A DNA stretch of 64,000 bases from NCBI RefSeq assembly GCF_009914755.1, contig NC_060940.1, one strand, 5' to 3'. Position numbers and translations under genes: made by a program. This document shows positions 1-18,139 of this stretch, in pieces. Numbering within the stretch: the stretch's first letter is position 1; every line of letters begins with the position of its first letter. The notes below the pieces were generated by a model that had not been told where the DNA came from, ran no database searches, and saw only the letters and a list, made by a program, of their open reading frames with translations. This DNA is from the human T2T-CHM13v2.0 reference genome, Homo sapiens.

Positions 1-1154
1 TTTAGAGTGAATTTCCGCCTCTACCAAGCAAAAAGTGAAATTGAGTTGTGTCATTCACAAAACATGACAAATAAATATCCATGACTGCTTCATCCGATTG
101 TTCAAAAATACTCCTGGACACTTGCAGATTTCCTTATATAGACTTTAAAGCACATAATACTTTGTACTTCTGTGTACTTCCTGAGTTTCCTGAGTTTGAA
201 CGGAAGGAACAAAACATGCCAGAGTATATTTTTTAACACTCTGAAGGAGTGTGATTTCTGTGACCATGAACTCATTATGGGTTCCATTACTTTGAGAAGT
301 GCTATTCTTTGGAAAAGATGAATTGGGGAGTTTGGAGTCGGACATAGGGTACAAACTCCAGTGCTGCCTCTTATATGCTGTGTGGTCTTGGACAAGAAGC
401 TTAGTCTCTGAGGATCTTAGAGTCAAAACTTATAAAGTTGGAATAATATCTTCTCAGCAGTAGTTTTGTAAGAATCAAATAAGATAGTACCTAGGAAGGA
501 GGAATGAATCTAACTTCAATACACAGGATACAAGAAATGTTGCATTTGTTTCCCTGAATAAAATTTAATCTGCTAACAGTCTTCTGCATCTCAGCGATAA
601 ACAAATACACAAATATATAAAGGAATAGTCTATGCTGATCTTCCCAATTCCATTGGGATGGCAGGAAATACAATAATGGATCTCCCTCCAACTTGTGAAG
701 GCACTAGAAGTCTTCCCAAGAGCAGAACTTCTGTTCAGGAGGCTCTTGGTTCTTACTCATGTGGCTCCTTGAAGGAGGATTTCTCTGTTGTTTCCATGCA
801 CAGCTTGAGTGCAGGTGCTTTGTGAGGCTGAGGGTCCTGGTACCTGGGGCTCTGCCTCCTTATGAGCGTCCTCCCCACAGCCACTTTCCTCTGGTATCTG
901 TCTCCTCCCTGGTGCACTGTGAAACAGTGAGAAGTGTGTCCCAACCATTCATGTACCCGTGACCCTTTCTCAGTCTTGGGAAATGTTCTCAACACCCAAC
1001 CAGGAACTGGTTGCTTCTACATCCCAATATGCCAACCCCAGAGCCCTCTCCTTCCCTTGAGGACATGTTCAACTCTATGCAAATGTGCAGGCTGGCGATG
1101 ATAATCTCACAGGCCATCGATGTGTTTTATTCTATTTTTTAAAAAGAATTTTTA

Positions 1155-1915
<761 letters not shown>

Positions 1916-4560
1916 GATGAGAAGAGACGAGTGGTAAAATCTATTGGTAACTTAGCGTCAGTCAGTCACTTACACACTGGGGATCAATGTGAAACAAGAC
2001 TCGACATGTGTCAAACAATCCTATACTTTGGGTTTGAGATGTACATTCCAACTCAGACCAAGCCCAGAGCCAATGGCTCCCCTATTTCTTTGGTCTCTCC
2101 CAGCAACTGATTAGAGATAGGCCCTTTCATCTAAGTGTTTAACGTTATGCCTTAGTATTGCCTATTTTGCAGTTAGAAAGTTAAAAGCTATTTTCTCCCT
2201 TTGGACATTCTCTCTACTCCCTCCTCCACTGCCCTTGGTACCTTTAATCCTTTAGATTACCCCACTCTTGGAGGAAGGTTGACCCACTTCTCATTTGTTA
2301 ATTCATTGAATTTCTTCTGGGTGGGCCACTGGGAACGGGGATGCAGGTTCACCTTGGACCCTGCCAGTGAAGCATTTACAAGGCGGCCAGATTGTCCAGT
2401 GCCAAGTATAACGCTCCCTCTGTGCTGTCCCAGAAGAGCCTGCCTCTTTCTTCACCCTGTGTCCTATTACTAGATGCTATTATCCTAGGCTCAGTACACT
2501 CTCTGTTCTAGGAAGAGGAGCAAGGGCAGAAATAATCCTTCTCCAAAGGTTAATATTTGTTGGGTATTCAAAATAAGATAGACTATAAACTCTTGTGGGT
2601 TTTTTCCCCCTAAAAGGCAGCCTTGGCCTCTCAAAGCCAATTTGAAGCAAGAACTCTGGGAAATCAAAAGCAGGGGTAAAGGGGCTTCTCTGGAAGATCA
2701 TTTGGGAACTGGGTGACAGCTGGTGTGGTGAAAATAATACGGGTTTTGGAACAAGCCCACCTGGGTTGAATTCAGCTTTTCTATTCTCAAGCTGTATATA
2801 ATCCCTTTACCTCTCAGCTTCTTATAAATAAGGGTAAAATGAAGATAAAAGGATTTATACTTCACAGGATATTGTGTCCATTCATGAGATGTATATTAAA
2901 CATGGCAAACCACACAACTATTCACTTATTAAAAATTATTTCTTGCTTTTCTCATCGATAAAGCTGGAAAGGAAGAACTATGCTGGATATTTTTCCCCTT
3001 AAAACATGGTCATTAAAAAATGTCTGATTATAAAAGCCATGTATGTTAACTGTAGAAAAATTAGAAAATATAGCAATGCAAAAATAAAATAAAAATTTCA
3101 GGACACCCATAAAAACATCAACCAGAGATAATCACCATGAAGACATTGATCTTTCCAAATCTTAATACTCAATACATATGCATATGTACATACCTCAAAG
3201 GTAAGATATATTATTTTACTTATATTATTTTTATCATATTATTTGGGGTGCGTTTTAAACCTGATCAAAATAGGCTTCCATGAATAATATTTTCAAAGAT
3301 CCCACAGTTTTCAATTGTATGGATATAAAAAATAAATCTGTTATCTTGACTCCCGTTATCAGAAGTTTAGATTTCCAGGTTTGGAGTATTTCAATTACTG
3401 CTGCAATAGAAATACTTAGAGCTGAAATATTTGCACATATATTTAATTGTTTACTAAGAATATCTTTACTAAAAAGGGTCCAAAGTTTTATCTTGTTAAG
3501 GCTTTTGTCTCATATACCCAAATCACTCTCTCACATGTTTGTACCACTTTACACTTCCAAAAATACTCCACGCAGGTCCCTTACCCCACAGGTAGAACCA
3601 AACTGAATTGTAGCATTCAAAGACACACAAACACACTCTCACACAATTTTGCAATCTGCTGGCAACAGCAGAAAGGTCAGCACTTAAAGTTTCATTTATT
3701 GAAGTTTATTTTTTCAGACACTTCTTGCTCACCAACTGGAACATTCTTAAATTGCTGCCCTGTCTTGGGCCTTTTCTAGGAATGATGATGGTCTTCTCAA
3801 CTGAGCTGTGTCTATCTCAAAATGACTTTCACTTCTGAGCATATGCCTTCCCATGAAATCCCCAGTTAATACCCAGATGCCCAAAAATACAGATGGGAAA
3901 AAATTTCAAGTAGATTATGCAGTCCATCTGTTCCAATATTCTTCTTATGGGAATAATTTCATTTTGTGTATAATCAGAGAAAAGTTGGTAAGATAAATTT
4001 ACCTGGGACCCCATAGTTTTTTATTAAAAATAATAAAATCTTCATCTCCCCTCAAGAAGCTCTAGTGTGTTAACCAAGGTCAGGAAGAGCAGCTGCTCAG
4101 GAGGTCGTGGTTAACTTCCTTGGAGTTTTATTTCCAGAGCAAGTGTCGTAGAAAACCAGATTGTCTTTGAATATTCCCTTAGTACCTTTTCTTCTGTAGA
4201 ATCTTTGGTATTCTTTTAAATACCCTGGTCTTTCTTAGTTTTATACCCATGAGTTCTTTCTTCATAGCAGAAGTTCCCAGGGCTTCAATATACCTTTTAT
4301 TGATTTCCTTTCTCCTACCAAGTAGAATTATTTTCTGTTCTATTCCAAAAATTGCCTTCTCTTCTGGTTCCTATTAACTCAATGCCCCCAATCTATTCAT
4401 GTTTGGGAGCTGAAGACTCAATATAAACTGTTTCCTTCCCTTTCTTGCCAGCTCATTCCCCTTCTTTACACATACACATTCAAGACCTATTCTTATCCAT
4501 TAAGAAATGTGTAGGCATAGGCTGGGCAAGGTGCTCACAGCTGTAATCCCAGCACTTTGA

Positions 4561-5162
<602 letters not shown>

Positions 5163-6589
5163 AATTTTTTTTTTTTTAATTAGCCAGGTGTGGTTGTGTA
5201 TGCCTGCAGTCCTAGCTCCTCAGGAGGCTGAGGTGGGAGGATCACTTGAGCCTGGGAGATCCAGGCTCCAGTGAGCTGAGATCACACCACTGCACTCCAT
5301 CCTAGGTGACAGAGCAAGACCCTGTCTCTAAAGAAAAAAAAAAATGTATAGACATAACTTCTGCCTTCTAGGACAAGACATGGTCACAGGCACACAGAGA
5401 GAAGATTCTACTGTCCTTATGTACTTAGCACTTCTCATTTCCCTATATTTGAACTGTTAAAATTTTTTTATTTGAACATTTCAGTAATCTTTTAGGACCT
5501 GTCCACCAAGCTTTTCCTTTGCCTCTTTAATTGTGCACACTAACAAGAAAGACACTTTAGTAGACATTAGTCACATTTTTTGGCTGCCTAGCAATGGAAC
5601 CTCTTTACCGTGTCTGGGGTATGCCACACCTTGAGTCCCAGAGGAAGGCCCACATCCCATTCTAATATGGATGACATGAGGCATTGGCTTTGCCAGCCTC
5701 TCCCAAGTTTGGATACAGGCTTATGGTTCAAGTTCTACTGCAGATTCACAACCAACTTCATGGTTGAGGTTTTAGTAGCAACGTGGCAATGAAGCAGCAA
5801 TGGTACCCCGTTTGGTGGTGGCGGTGGTTGCACAAACAAAAGTGTCTCCTGTTAGCAGAAATGGTAAAAGCAACATCCTTACCAGACAGGCATGATTTCA
5901 GCTGGGGTCCTAGCTGTTTCTCAACCTCCATTGTTCCAGCAGGCATCCAAAGCAGACTTCCCAGTCATCTGTGAGCTACCCACCATTCTTTCAATTGATC
6001 CCTTTCCTTAATATGTTAAATCAGTTTCAAGTAAGAACCTTCACTGGTACAAAAAAAAAAAATTAATACCAAAGGAAGCACTTATGTCAAGTGAAGAGCA
6101 AATGAGCTCCAGGATTGACTTTTTGCAGCAGCTGAAAGATAGAAAAGTGGGAGGGAGTGTAGTTATTACAGAATATTACAGGCAGGGTAGAGTCTACAGA
6201 ACCTGCCCCCTAGTAGTCGGTACCATACTTGTGTTGCAAACTTTGATTTTGTTTGACCAAACACCACCATGCCTCACATTGCGTTATTGTTATTTTCACC
6301 TGTATTGCTTTTTACTGCTTTACAAATGTAGTGTGTAAGCACGCCCTGCTTTTTAGAGTTATTTATAAGAGCCATAAGCATGAGGATATTACAGCTGGCT
6401 TACACTCATACAAGTTGTATGATGATAATTACAATTTAAATCAATGTGTTACAAACAGCAGGTGCCATCACTTCTCCACCCATAGCCCTGTCTCTCAACT
6501 CTCTACTGCTAAAGACACTCACTGTGAATATCTGCTACTTCTTGCCTGAGGGCTTTTGCTATGGGAGCCTGGTTGGCCTGAAAGTAGAG

Positions 6590-6917
6590 CAAGCCAGAGG
6601 TTCTGAAAAGTTAATTCCTGTGAAAGCAGCCCTCAACCCATGAAAGAAGGGGAATTATTGGTGCATAAATATCCCAGCTTCACCAGTGGCTATGTAGAAT
6701 AACTCAAAATACACATTTTCCCACCATCTTCCAGAATTCCCCAGTGGGGATGAGCCCCAGATGCCTACTTGCTTGAAAATGCACCCTTTTCCTGTTTCTT
6801 TTCATTCCTTTTCTAACTTTTTTACTCCACTACCAGTGCCTCCTGGGATCCTCTCCTACTTGGCCTCAAATCCGAGTTGCAGGGTTCCTAATCTTGGTTT
6901 ATCCTAAACTAAGACAC
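6590..6917 (+). mobile_element. LTR16-like ERVL LTR remnant
   Basis: 'cctcctgggatc...cctaaactaagaca' 3' end typical of the LTR16 family. Confidence 0.5.
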
Positions 6918-7509
6918 CTGCACATCAGGCATCATTGCACCTTCACTGGTAAAGTGAATCTTTACATGTTGCATTGCAAGTATGTTAGGGGATTGGCAGA
7001 ATTGCCTGAATTTGCTCTCACACCTACCATACAAGTGAATTGATTTCCCAGCCTAACAAACTAAGGGTATAAGAGCAATTGCTACCCAGAAAAGGGGCGG
7101 ATATAGCATGGTTTGGTGCAGTTCCTCTGGGCCCCAAAGCCCCTAACAGGAGCATAGACGCAGATGGCACTCTCCACATAGGGTTTCATTTTTCTGCAGC
7201 TGTTACATCCTCAAGCTTGTATCATGATCCCAGAAGAACTTACCATAACAATTGACATGCTGCTATTAAAGTAAATGTTGCAAACACCTTGTTTCATGGT
7301 TGTTGAATGAAATGCAGCATCATTAAAGGCCATATCTCCTCTTGGAGAGGGATAGGGGGATAGGGTCAGCACCCAAACATCACTAAACAACATTCTGTCT
7401 CTACCTCTCTAGGATCACAGAAAGGAAGCCCTTTCGCCCTAGAAATGTACCTGCTTGAGAAGCTCTGCAGTGTGTTGAGGAAAGAAGCAATGATACCATG
7501 TGAGGGAAG

Positions 7510-8200
7510 TACAATAGACTAGAAGTTGTGTCCCCCACTCCAAATTTATATGAAATCTTCATCCCCAAGGTGATGGTATCAGGAGGTGGTGCCTTTGGGA
7601 GATGATTAGGTCAAGAGGTCAGAGCTCTCTTGAGTGGGATTAGTGCCCTTATAAAAGAGGCCTGAAGGCCGGGTGTGGTGGCTCATGCCTGTAATCTCAG
7701 CACTCTGGGAGGCCAAGGCAGACGGATCATCTGAGGTCGGGAGTTCGAGACCAGCCTGGCCAACATGGTGAAAACCCATCTCTACTAAAAATACAAAAAT
7801 TAGCTGGGCGTGGTGTCATGCGCCTGTAATCCCAGCTACTCAGGAGGCTGACGCAGGAGAATCGCTTCAATCCCGTAGGCAGAGGTTTCACTGAGCCTAG
7901 ATCGATCGCGCCACTGCACTCCAACCTGGGTGACAGAGTGATACTCCGTCTCAAAAAACTAAACTAAAATAAATAAATAAAAAAAAGAGGACTGAGGGAG
8001 ACCCCCTCGCCCCTTCCACCATGTAAGGACACAGCTGGAAGGCACCATTCTATGAACCAGGTAACAGATCCTCACCAGACATCAAAACTGCTGGTACCTG
8101 AATCTTGGACTTCAGCCTCCAGAACTGTGACAAATAAATCTCTGTTGTTCATAAGCCACTCTGTTCATGGTGTTTTGTGATAGCAGCCCACACGGAGTGA
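7510..8200 (+). mobile_element. MLT1A-type MaLR LTR interrupted by an Alu
   Basis: gggattagtgcccttataaaagagg...ttggacttcagcctccagaactgtgacaaataaat. Confidence 0.8.
7667..7986 (+). mobile_element. AluS
   Basis: Full dimer; TSD aaaagaggcctga/aaaagaggactga. Confidence 0.93.
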
Positions 8201-9000
8201 GCGAGCAGCCTGGGTGACTCACACTGCCTGGGGATGGGCATTAGCAGTAACGTCCTGGGTGTATGTATTGGAGACTCCAGTCTTTAGTACCTGCATGTAC
8301 AGGTAGTCTGTGTTCCCCCCCATCACTGATTCTCCTGATCCAAGTGTCACTCCGTCCCCCCATGCACCTCATCTTCCTGCCTGCTCAGTTCCACTGTGGA
8401 AATGATTGAGTTAAATCCTTAAGATAAAAAATAAACTTTGCTCACAATGACCAACTAGATAAACAGGCACATGCAATGCCAAAACTCAAAATCAATATCT
8501 GGGAGACTGTCTCTATTTGGAAAAGGAGAGGTGTATTAAATTAAAGTGTGTCCTTTGATTTTTCCCTCAACAAAATATGGCAGTCTCTAAAACAAAATTG
8601 CCCAGAATGATTTAGTAGCCTTCTAACATCAGCTTCAAATGTATTCAAGTGTCTGCAATGAGACCTGCATGAAACAGACCTCTGAGCTCATCCAAAGGAC
8701 AAACAGTATTCCAGGTTGGGAACATTCCCCTGGTGTGTATTGTCACATCAATAGCTATCATTTCCGATCAATGTCATTTCTGCAAAGAGAGCCCTTGTGT
8801 GCCAGGCCACTGCCAATAGAGAGGACTAATGTGACCTCAGCCTCTGGGCTGGAAAGTCCCTTGAGCATCAATTAGTCCAAGGACCTTCTTTTACCAACCA
8901 AAACAAGGACATTTCCAAAGTCACACAGGCAACAAGTCAAAACCACAGGCTACCTTGCTCCCAGAAACCAAGGATCCATGGCTTACAACAGGGTGGTTCA

Positions 9001-9598
<598 letters not shown>

Positions 9599-9600
9599 AA

Positions 9601-9809
9601 CAGGGTGGTTCAACTTTGGCACTATTAACATTTTAGGCTGGCTCATTCTTTGTTTTAGGGCTATCTTGTGCCTTGCAGGATGCTTAGCAGCATCTATGGC
9701 CTGTACCCATCAGATGCTTGTAGCACTACTGGTAACAATCAAAAATGTCTTCAGACACTGCCAGTGTCCCCCAAGGCGTAAAATCACCTCTGACTTAGAG
9801 AAAACATTG
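9601..9809 (+). mobile_element. MER20 (hAT-Charlie)
   Basis: ggcactattaacatttt...aacaatcaaaaatgtcttcagacactgccagtgtcccc. Confidence 0.8.
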
Positions 9810-9999
9810 CACATTGGAGCCATATGGGCTAAATTTGGCTCACAGACATGTTTTGTTTAGCCTATGTAATATTTGTCAAAATTTTATAAATTTGGTATAT
9901 TTCACATAATGATTCAGACTTTTGGCCTCTCACAAACACCTGGAAGCCCCAGCAACCCTGAGCTCACATTTTCACATTACAATGATGGATCAAAGTTGA

Positions 10000-10403
<404 letters not shown>

Positions 10404-11061
10404 TAATGTTCTCGGGCCTGGATTTAAAGTTTTCTTAAAACAATTTGTGGTATATTTTATCTTAAGTAAGCCCCTCAGTTCCTTGAGGTCAGAGTCATGT
10501 TATTTTTTTCTTTTGTTCCTTCTACAATGCCTAACCTTGAGCAGACACTTAGAAATAGTTATCCATTTATTTACCTATAGCAGTTTTCCCCAAAAGATAT
10601 CCTGCAGAATGCTAATCTTGTTAACTTCAAGGGCAAAGGGCTGGAAGTCTAATAAGTCTCAGTAAAGCTGTATTCTGAATCCCTATGTAGAGATTCAAGA
10701 GTTATGCTAAGACTCTAAATCTACATTAAAGAAAGCTGCTTAACTGTATTTGACCCAGAGTGTCTCAGGCTAATTTGACCACAGACCCTCCTTTTACCCT
10801 GGCATCCATCAACATTTAGGAAACCACTGTTTCGTTGAATAGACTTTGGAAACCACTTAACTAAACTCTAACCATTTCAAATTAGACACAGGTGTTTAAT
10901 ATTAAGCGCTATGACAAAGGCAGTTACAAAGTACTAACATGTAAAGAGTTTTTTTCTAAGCATAGACATTTATTTCAATCAGCTGTTTTAAATTTCTCCA
11001 CATATTTGTGAAGACAATGTGATCAATGTCTACACCTCACAGATTAGAAAATGAAGCAACA

Positions 11062-11391
<330 letters not shown>

Positions 11392-11810
11392 TCATGGTTA
11401 CATAGCTAGGAAAAGGTCAAGCCAGGAACAAAGCCTGTCCGATCCCAAGACATATGCACGTAGCCTCTCTTTACATTGTCTTGCCTCCCTGAAACGTTGC
11501 ACCATGTTCTCTATGTGTCTGCCTCCCCACTCAAGACAGGTGCCAGGCCTTATTCATGAAGGAAGTAGCCAGGAAATTATTGTCCATTGATCAACTGTTA
11601 TGCATGGGAAATAATACTTGGAAGAGTTTGGCATGGTATCTCATGCAGAATTAGATATTCTAATACTCATTTATTGGGCAATTCTCTTAACCTTTCAGAG
11701 CCTAAAATTCACATAGGTAGGAAATGGGAAAACTGGGTTCTGAACAAGTCCTGGAAACAAGGTATGTGTTCCTTCTACCTTCCTTAGTGCATATCAAGAA
11801 TGCAGAATTG

Positions 11811-12374
<564 letters not shown>

Positions 12375-12805
12375 TTACATTGAGGTCTTGCAGCTTCACA
12401 GTCATTACTGCAAGGAAGCCCCAACCAACTGGATATAGGCCAATCCAACAATAAAAGGAACAAAACTTTCAGGGACATCAGCTCTTAGCCTCAACCAGAG
12501 ACATCAGGGCAACAAGAGAGTGAATTAGCTGGAGGGCTGGTTCATCCTTATTTATAGTATGATGATCTCAGCTTGTAAGGTGGAAAAAACGGTGCAGGGG
12601 AGGAATTCGTCCCCTTTCTGGTTTCTGTTGGACCCTATTTGAGGAGTAAATGCTTTGTTTATTTCTGAACCTGAATTTTACGTCCCCATCCCATTACTCA
12701 TCATGATCTATAGCAAAGTACTTTAGGGAAAACACAGCTCTCTGCAGTGCTTGGAAGAGGCAGGCAGCATTATTGTGTGGTGATTCATACAAGAAAACAC
12801 ACAGG

Positions 12806-13093
<288 letters not shown>

Positions 13094-13217
13094 GAAGAGG
13101 GAGGGGGAGGGGGAGGGGGAGGAGGCGAAGAAGAAGAAGGAGGAGGAGGAGCAGGAGGAGGAGGAGGAGGAGGAGAAATGGAAGAGGAAGAGGAAGAAAA
13201 GAAAAAGAGAAAAAAAT
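13094..13217. repeat. Polypurine (GAG/GAA/GGGGGA)n low-complexity tract in the Alu tail
   Basis: Direct reading. Confidence 0.9.
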
Positions 13218-14509
13218 CATACAGCATCACACTAGGGGGAGGACCCTAGATAATATTCAAGGGGAGGGGTACAAGAAATCACTCAGAAATTATCTTTCAG
13301 TGTGAGTGAAATTTCAAAAACAAACTACATGATTTAAATTCCTTAGTCCTATGTTGTATATTTTCCTCTTTACTTGACCAACCATGTTTACCAAATGATA
13401 CTAAACAATTGATAAGATCATCTCCACATGGATAACAGCTGCTTATGGAGATGAGTAAGAGCAGGTGAAATGTTTCTAATTCTATTCATACATGAGCAGA
13501 TTAATAGAGAGCTAAAATGGTGTTCAGGGTCTTATGAGTAGCACTTTTGGTTAGGGTTTTCCTGTTAACATCCATTATAAAATTGCAGCTGGATCCCTAT
13601 GGAGAGAAAACTCCAACAGGGTGAAAATGTATCTTACAGAGGAGTTGTGAGAGGGAAGCATTGAATCCCAGGGACTGGGATTCTTGGGTAATGTTTTGTT
13701 GTAGGGAGGCCATGGGGACTCCTCAATACTCCACACAGACTATCATTCATTTATTTAAAGCCCTTCAGTGGCATCTGTGGAAGATACTGCTACACCTCCT
13801 AATGCTATCTGTCCCTTTCCTCATTAATTGTAGAACCTTAGCTTTTACTTGGACATTGTTACTTAGCTAAGAAAAAACTAGGTTTCCCAGCATCCTTTGC
13901 AGTGGGATGTGGCCATGTGACTAGGCTCTGGCTAATATGAGATAAGTACATGTATTATGGTGGAGTCCTGAAGTGCCCTTAAGATGAAAGCTGTGGGTCT
14001 TTCTTCCCCTCTCACGCATCTCTGTCCTGTCACCCAGCACATAAATGTGATGGCTATATCTTAAACTATGAGAATGGAGGCCAGTGATTCATGACCTGGA
14101 GTACAGAGCAGGAAGGAACACTGATCCTTGATGATAATGTACAGCCTCCATCCCATCCTAATGTATTTTATATTCTTTAAGCCAATTTTTATTTTATTAT
14201 TATATTTTGTTGTCTGTAGCTGAACCTAATACATTACCATTGCTTTCACAGAGAAGCTTTTACCGACCATGCAGATAGCCCCTTGTATTTCCCCTTTACA
14301 GCACTTATTGAACTGGTAAATGACTAATTACTTACATGATTTTTTTTTTTTGGTTTAATATATGTAGCAGAGATGGTCAGTGCCCAACCTACCCCCTCTT
14401 GGATCTCATCACTGCCATGCACAACGACCCCATGGCTTCCAAGTACAAACACCTGCAACTCTTTCAGGACAGCTTTGTCTGGCTGCCTATTCCCAAACAG
14501 CCCATGTGC

Positions 14510-14840
14510 ATGGCAGGCTAGAAGTGGCAGATGGCTAGTGCCCCACAGAAACAGTCCTCAACTAAGGACTAACAGGAGCTGGTGGATTCTCCATTTTCTT
14601 TGCCTCTTGATGGGGATACATCTGAGATGTGCTCTACGCTGTCTCCTAGAGTTCCCCAGCAGGATTTAAGCAGGTTATAGCAGTGATAACCTGCTAAGTA
14701 ATACACCTCATATTGGCTTCTTTCCTACCCTGTCTCACCTTCACAGACCTCTTCCAGTGCTTCCTGGGATCACTTCTCAAGCCGTATGTATGCAAATCTT
14801 CAAATTAACAAACGTTTGCTCCTGGGCAACCCAATATATA
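14510..14840 (+). mobile_element. LTR16-like remnant
   Basis: gtctcctagagttccccagcaggattt...cttcctgggatcacttctc. Confidence 0.5.
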
Positions 14841-15636
14841 CCTCCTCAACAGGGCTGATAACTCCATTAGGACTGAGAATATATTTGTCTTATTCACCAT
14901 GTTATCTCCAGCATTTAGCAACAGCACAAGGTCACCACTCAAAAGGTGATAAGTATCAGTGCACTTTTTTTCCCCTCAGACACAACTAGAGTTTACCATG
15001 TAAGACCCGTCCTACAAAGTGTAGACAGGAAGTGTATACTGCCACCATCAGGATGGGCTGCACACTTCTCTAGCACTTCTCTGAAAAATAATGTTGTGCT
15101 CATTGGGAATTAACCACAAACTATAAGAAATTATGGCACAAATCCTCTAATATAACTCCCTGGATTTTGTTAGGATATTTCAACAGCCAGAATCTTTTAC
15201 CTCTCTCCATTACTGACCTCCTAAATTTGTCTCCTTTTTCTTAACCTATTTGATGGCATTCTTGTGAGTAAAAGAGCAACAAATAAAACCATAAGCATTG
15301 AAGTGTGGTGGTTAAGAACATGCATTTCAAAGTCAAATAGCTCCCATTTCAAATCTCAACTCTGCAATTTGTTTAGGAAGTAATTCTGGGAAAGTTACTC
15401 AGTTTATATTAAATTTTCTCCTCTGTAAAGTAGGGATAATAGTCCTATAGCATAGGATTATTTTAAAGATGAAATATGTACAACAAATGATTCTAATTGT
15501 ATTGAAGAGAATACAATGCAACAAATATTATTAAAGCATATAGTTAAAGACATTGACCCTCTTCCTTAAATAACATTTCTCTGGGAAGTTACTGAACCAT
15601 TCCAAATAATTTAGAGAACGATTTCTAAAAGTGTAC

Positions 15637-17059
15637 TGTGTCCAGAATTAGTGGGTTCTTGGTCTCACTGACTTCTAGAATGAAGCCGCGGAGCCTTGCG
15701 GTCAGTGTTACAGCTCTTAAGGTGACGCGTCTAGAGTTTGTTCCTTCTGATGTTCGGATGTCTTCGGAGTTTCTTTCTTCTGGTGGGTTCGTGGTCTCAC
15801 TGGCTCAGAAGTGAACCCGTGAACCTTCGCGGTAAGTGTTACCGCTCTTAAGGCAGCGCGTCTGGAGTTGTTCGTCCCTCCCGGTGAGTTCATGGTCTCG
15901 CTGGCTTCAAGAGTGAAGCTGCAGACCTTTGCGGTGAGTGTTACAGCTCATAAAGGCAGTGTGGACCCAAAGAGTGAGCAGCGGCAGGATTTCTTGCAAA
16001 GAATTAAAGAACAATGCTTCTACAGTGTGGAAGGTGACCCCAGCGGGTTGCCACTGCTGGCTCAGGCAGCCTGCTTTTATTGTCTTATCTGGCCCCACCC
16101 ACATCCTGCTGATTGGTAGAGCCCAGTGGTCTGTTTGGACAGGGCGCTGATTGGTGCGTTTACAATCCCTGAGCTAGACACAAAGGTTCTCCACGTCCCC
16201 ACTAGGTTAGCTAGATACAGAGTGTCGACACAAAGGTTCTCCAAGTCCCCACCAGAGTAGCTAGATACAGAGTGTCCATTGGTGCATTCACAAACCCTGA
16301 GCTAGACACAGGGTGCTGATTGGTGTGTTTACCAACCTTGAGCTAGATACGGAGTGATGATTGGTGTATTTACAATCCCTGAGCTAGACATAAAGGTTCT
16401 CCAAGTCCCCACCAGACTCAGGAGCCCAGCTGGCTTCACCTAGTGGATCCCGCATGGGGGCTGCAGGTGGAGCTGCCTGCCAGTCCCTTGCCGTGCGCCC
16501 GCACTCCTCAGCCCTTCGGTGGTCAATGGGACTGGGCGCCGTGGAGCAGGGGGTGGCGCTCGTCGGGGTGGCTCAGGCTGCACAGGAGCCCATGGAGCGG
16601 CGAGGGGAGGCTCAGGCATGGCGGGCTGCAGGTCCCAAGCCCTGCCCCGCGGGAAGGCAGCTAAGGCCCCGGGAGGGCAGCGACAGTGGGCCGGCAGTGC
16701 TGGGGGACCCAGCACACCCTCCGCAGCCGCTGGCCCTGGTGCTAAGCTCCTCATTGCCGGGGGCCGACAGGGCCGGCCGGCCGCTCCGAGTGAGGGCCCG
16801 CCAAGCCCACGCCCACCAGGAACTCCAGCTGGCCCGCAAGCACTGCACGCAGCCCCGGTTGCCGCTCGGGCCTCTCCCTCCTCATCTCCCCGCAAGCTGA
16901 GGGAGCCGGCTCCGGCCTCGGCCAGCCCAGGAAGGGGCTCCCACAGTGTAGCAGCGGGCTGAAGGGCTCCTCAAGCGCGGCCAGAGTGGGCGCCAAGGCC
17001 AAGGAGGCCCCGAGAGTGAGCGAGGGCTGTGAGGGCTGCCAGTATGCTGTCACCTCTCA
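15637..17059 (-). mobile_element. Solo LTR12C-type (ERV9) LTR, 1423 bp
   Basis: Minus strand begins TGAGAGGTGACAGC and ends GGACACA; 4-bp TSD GTAC (15633-15636 and 17060-17063); tandem CCAAT units at 16112, 16150, 16278, 16319, 16360; GC-rich U3. Confidence 0.92.
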
Positions 17060-18139
17060 GTACTGATGGTTTCCCATATTTTCTTACTCAGAGACTTTAC
17101 CTCTATTAGGGGTTCCTATATCTGGCCTTCTACATCCCCCCCCACCCCCCACACACACCCCCACGTGCACATACCCTGCCCCAGACCATTTGCAAGATAA
17201 CAGAGCTGAGCTGTAATACTCTGTTTTACCATCAGTGGCCACTGTTTGACATTATGTACAATGATGTACATAATGCACATTATTCTACAATAATGTAAGA
17301 AATTCCACAACGGAGGCTCTGAGTGAATGTCCAAGGAATCAATTTTACAAATTAAAAATTGATTTATTGTGTTTATTTGGAGATATGCCATGCACTGTGG
17401 CTCTTTCCACGTTCCACCAGGGAGTACCAGAGTTGGGAATATTTAACAATAGTGGTATATAGGACTCAGAAGAGGGTATCTCCCCACCCCCCCACAAGCA
17501 GCACAGACTGTGGTGGGTTCTCTCTGGGTTGTTGTGATAATCAGCTGCCTACCAATTATAATCTGGGGTTTGTAAACAGCCAGAAGATTCCCTTGGAGGG
17601 AGTAATTATATTCCCTTTAACACACTGTAAGACAAACACTTTCTCTTTAACATGCTGTGTGCTGACTACAAAGTGGGTTTACTTTACTAATGCGAAAGGA
17701 AAACAAACACTCAGAACCAAGGCAAGGGACCTTGGTGGTACAGAGATAGTAGGCGGTGAAAAAAAAGAGCAGGGAACATTAAAAAATGCCATGGAGTATT
17801 GTCAATCAGGGGCAGAACTGGTTTGGCCTGTCCGTATAAACATGCATGATGAGATCTTAAGAGCACAGATTTGGAGTTGGTCTTCTATCTCATTATAACT
17901 AGCATGTTCCTTTGAGCACAATAATTCATCATGTTAAGATTCATTTTCATTTTCCTCTTCCATAAAGTGGGAATAGGAATTCTTACTCATGAGATTATTT
18001 TCAGAATCAAATTAAGAAATATACCTACAGTGTCTAGAACAGTAGACACCTCCAAAACAATAACATATATTGCAGATATTATTGGTGCCAAAGCTATGTC
18101 TCCATGGAATTCATCATTCCATGTATAAAATGATAGCTT

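Noticed and set aside
16150-16420. Repeat-spacer-like array of ~41-bp units
   Set aside because: Normal ERV9/LTR12 CCAAT enhancer repeats, not CRISPR
16440-17053. Cluster of 100-150 aa ORFs
   Set aside because: They lie in the GC-rich U3 of LTR12C
17359-17898. 179-aa ORF between LTR12C and the promoter
   Set aside because: TTG start, no recognisable domain or clear splice structure; consistent with chance
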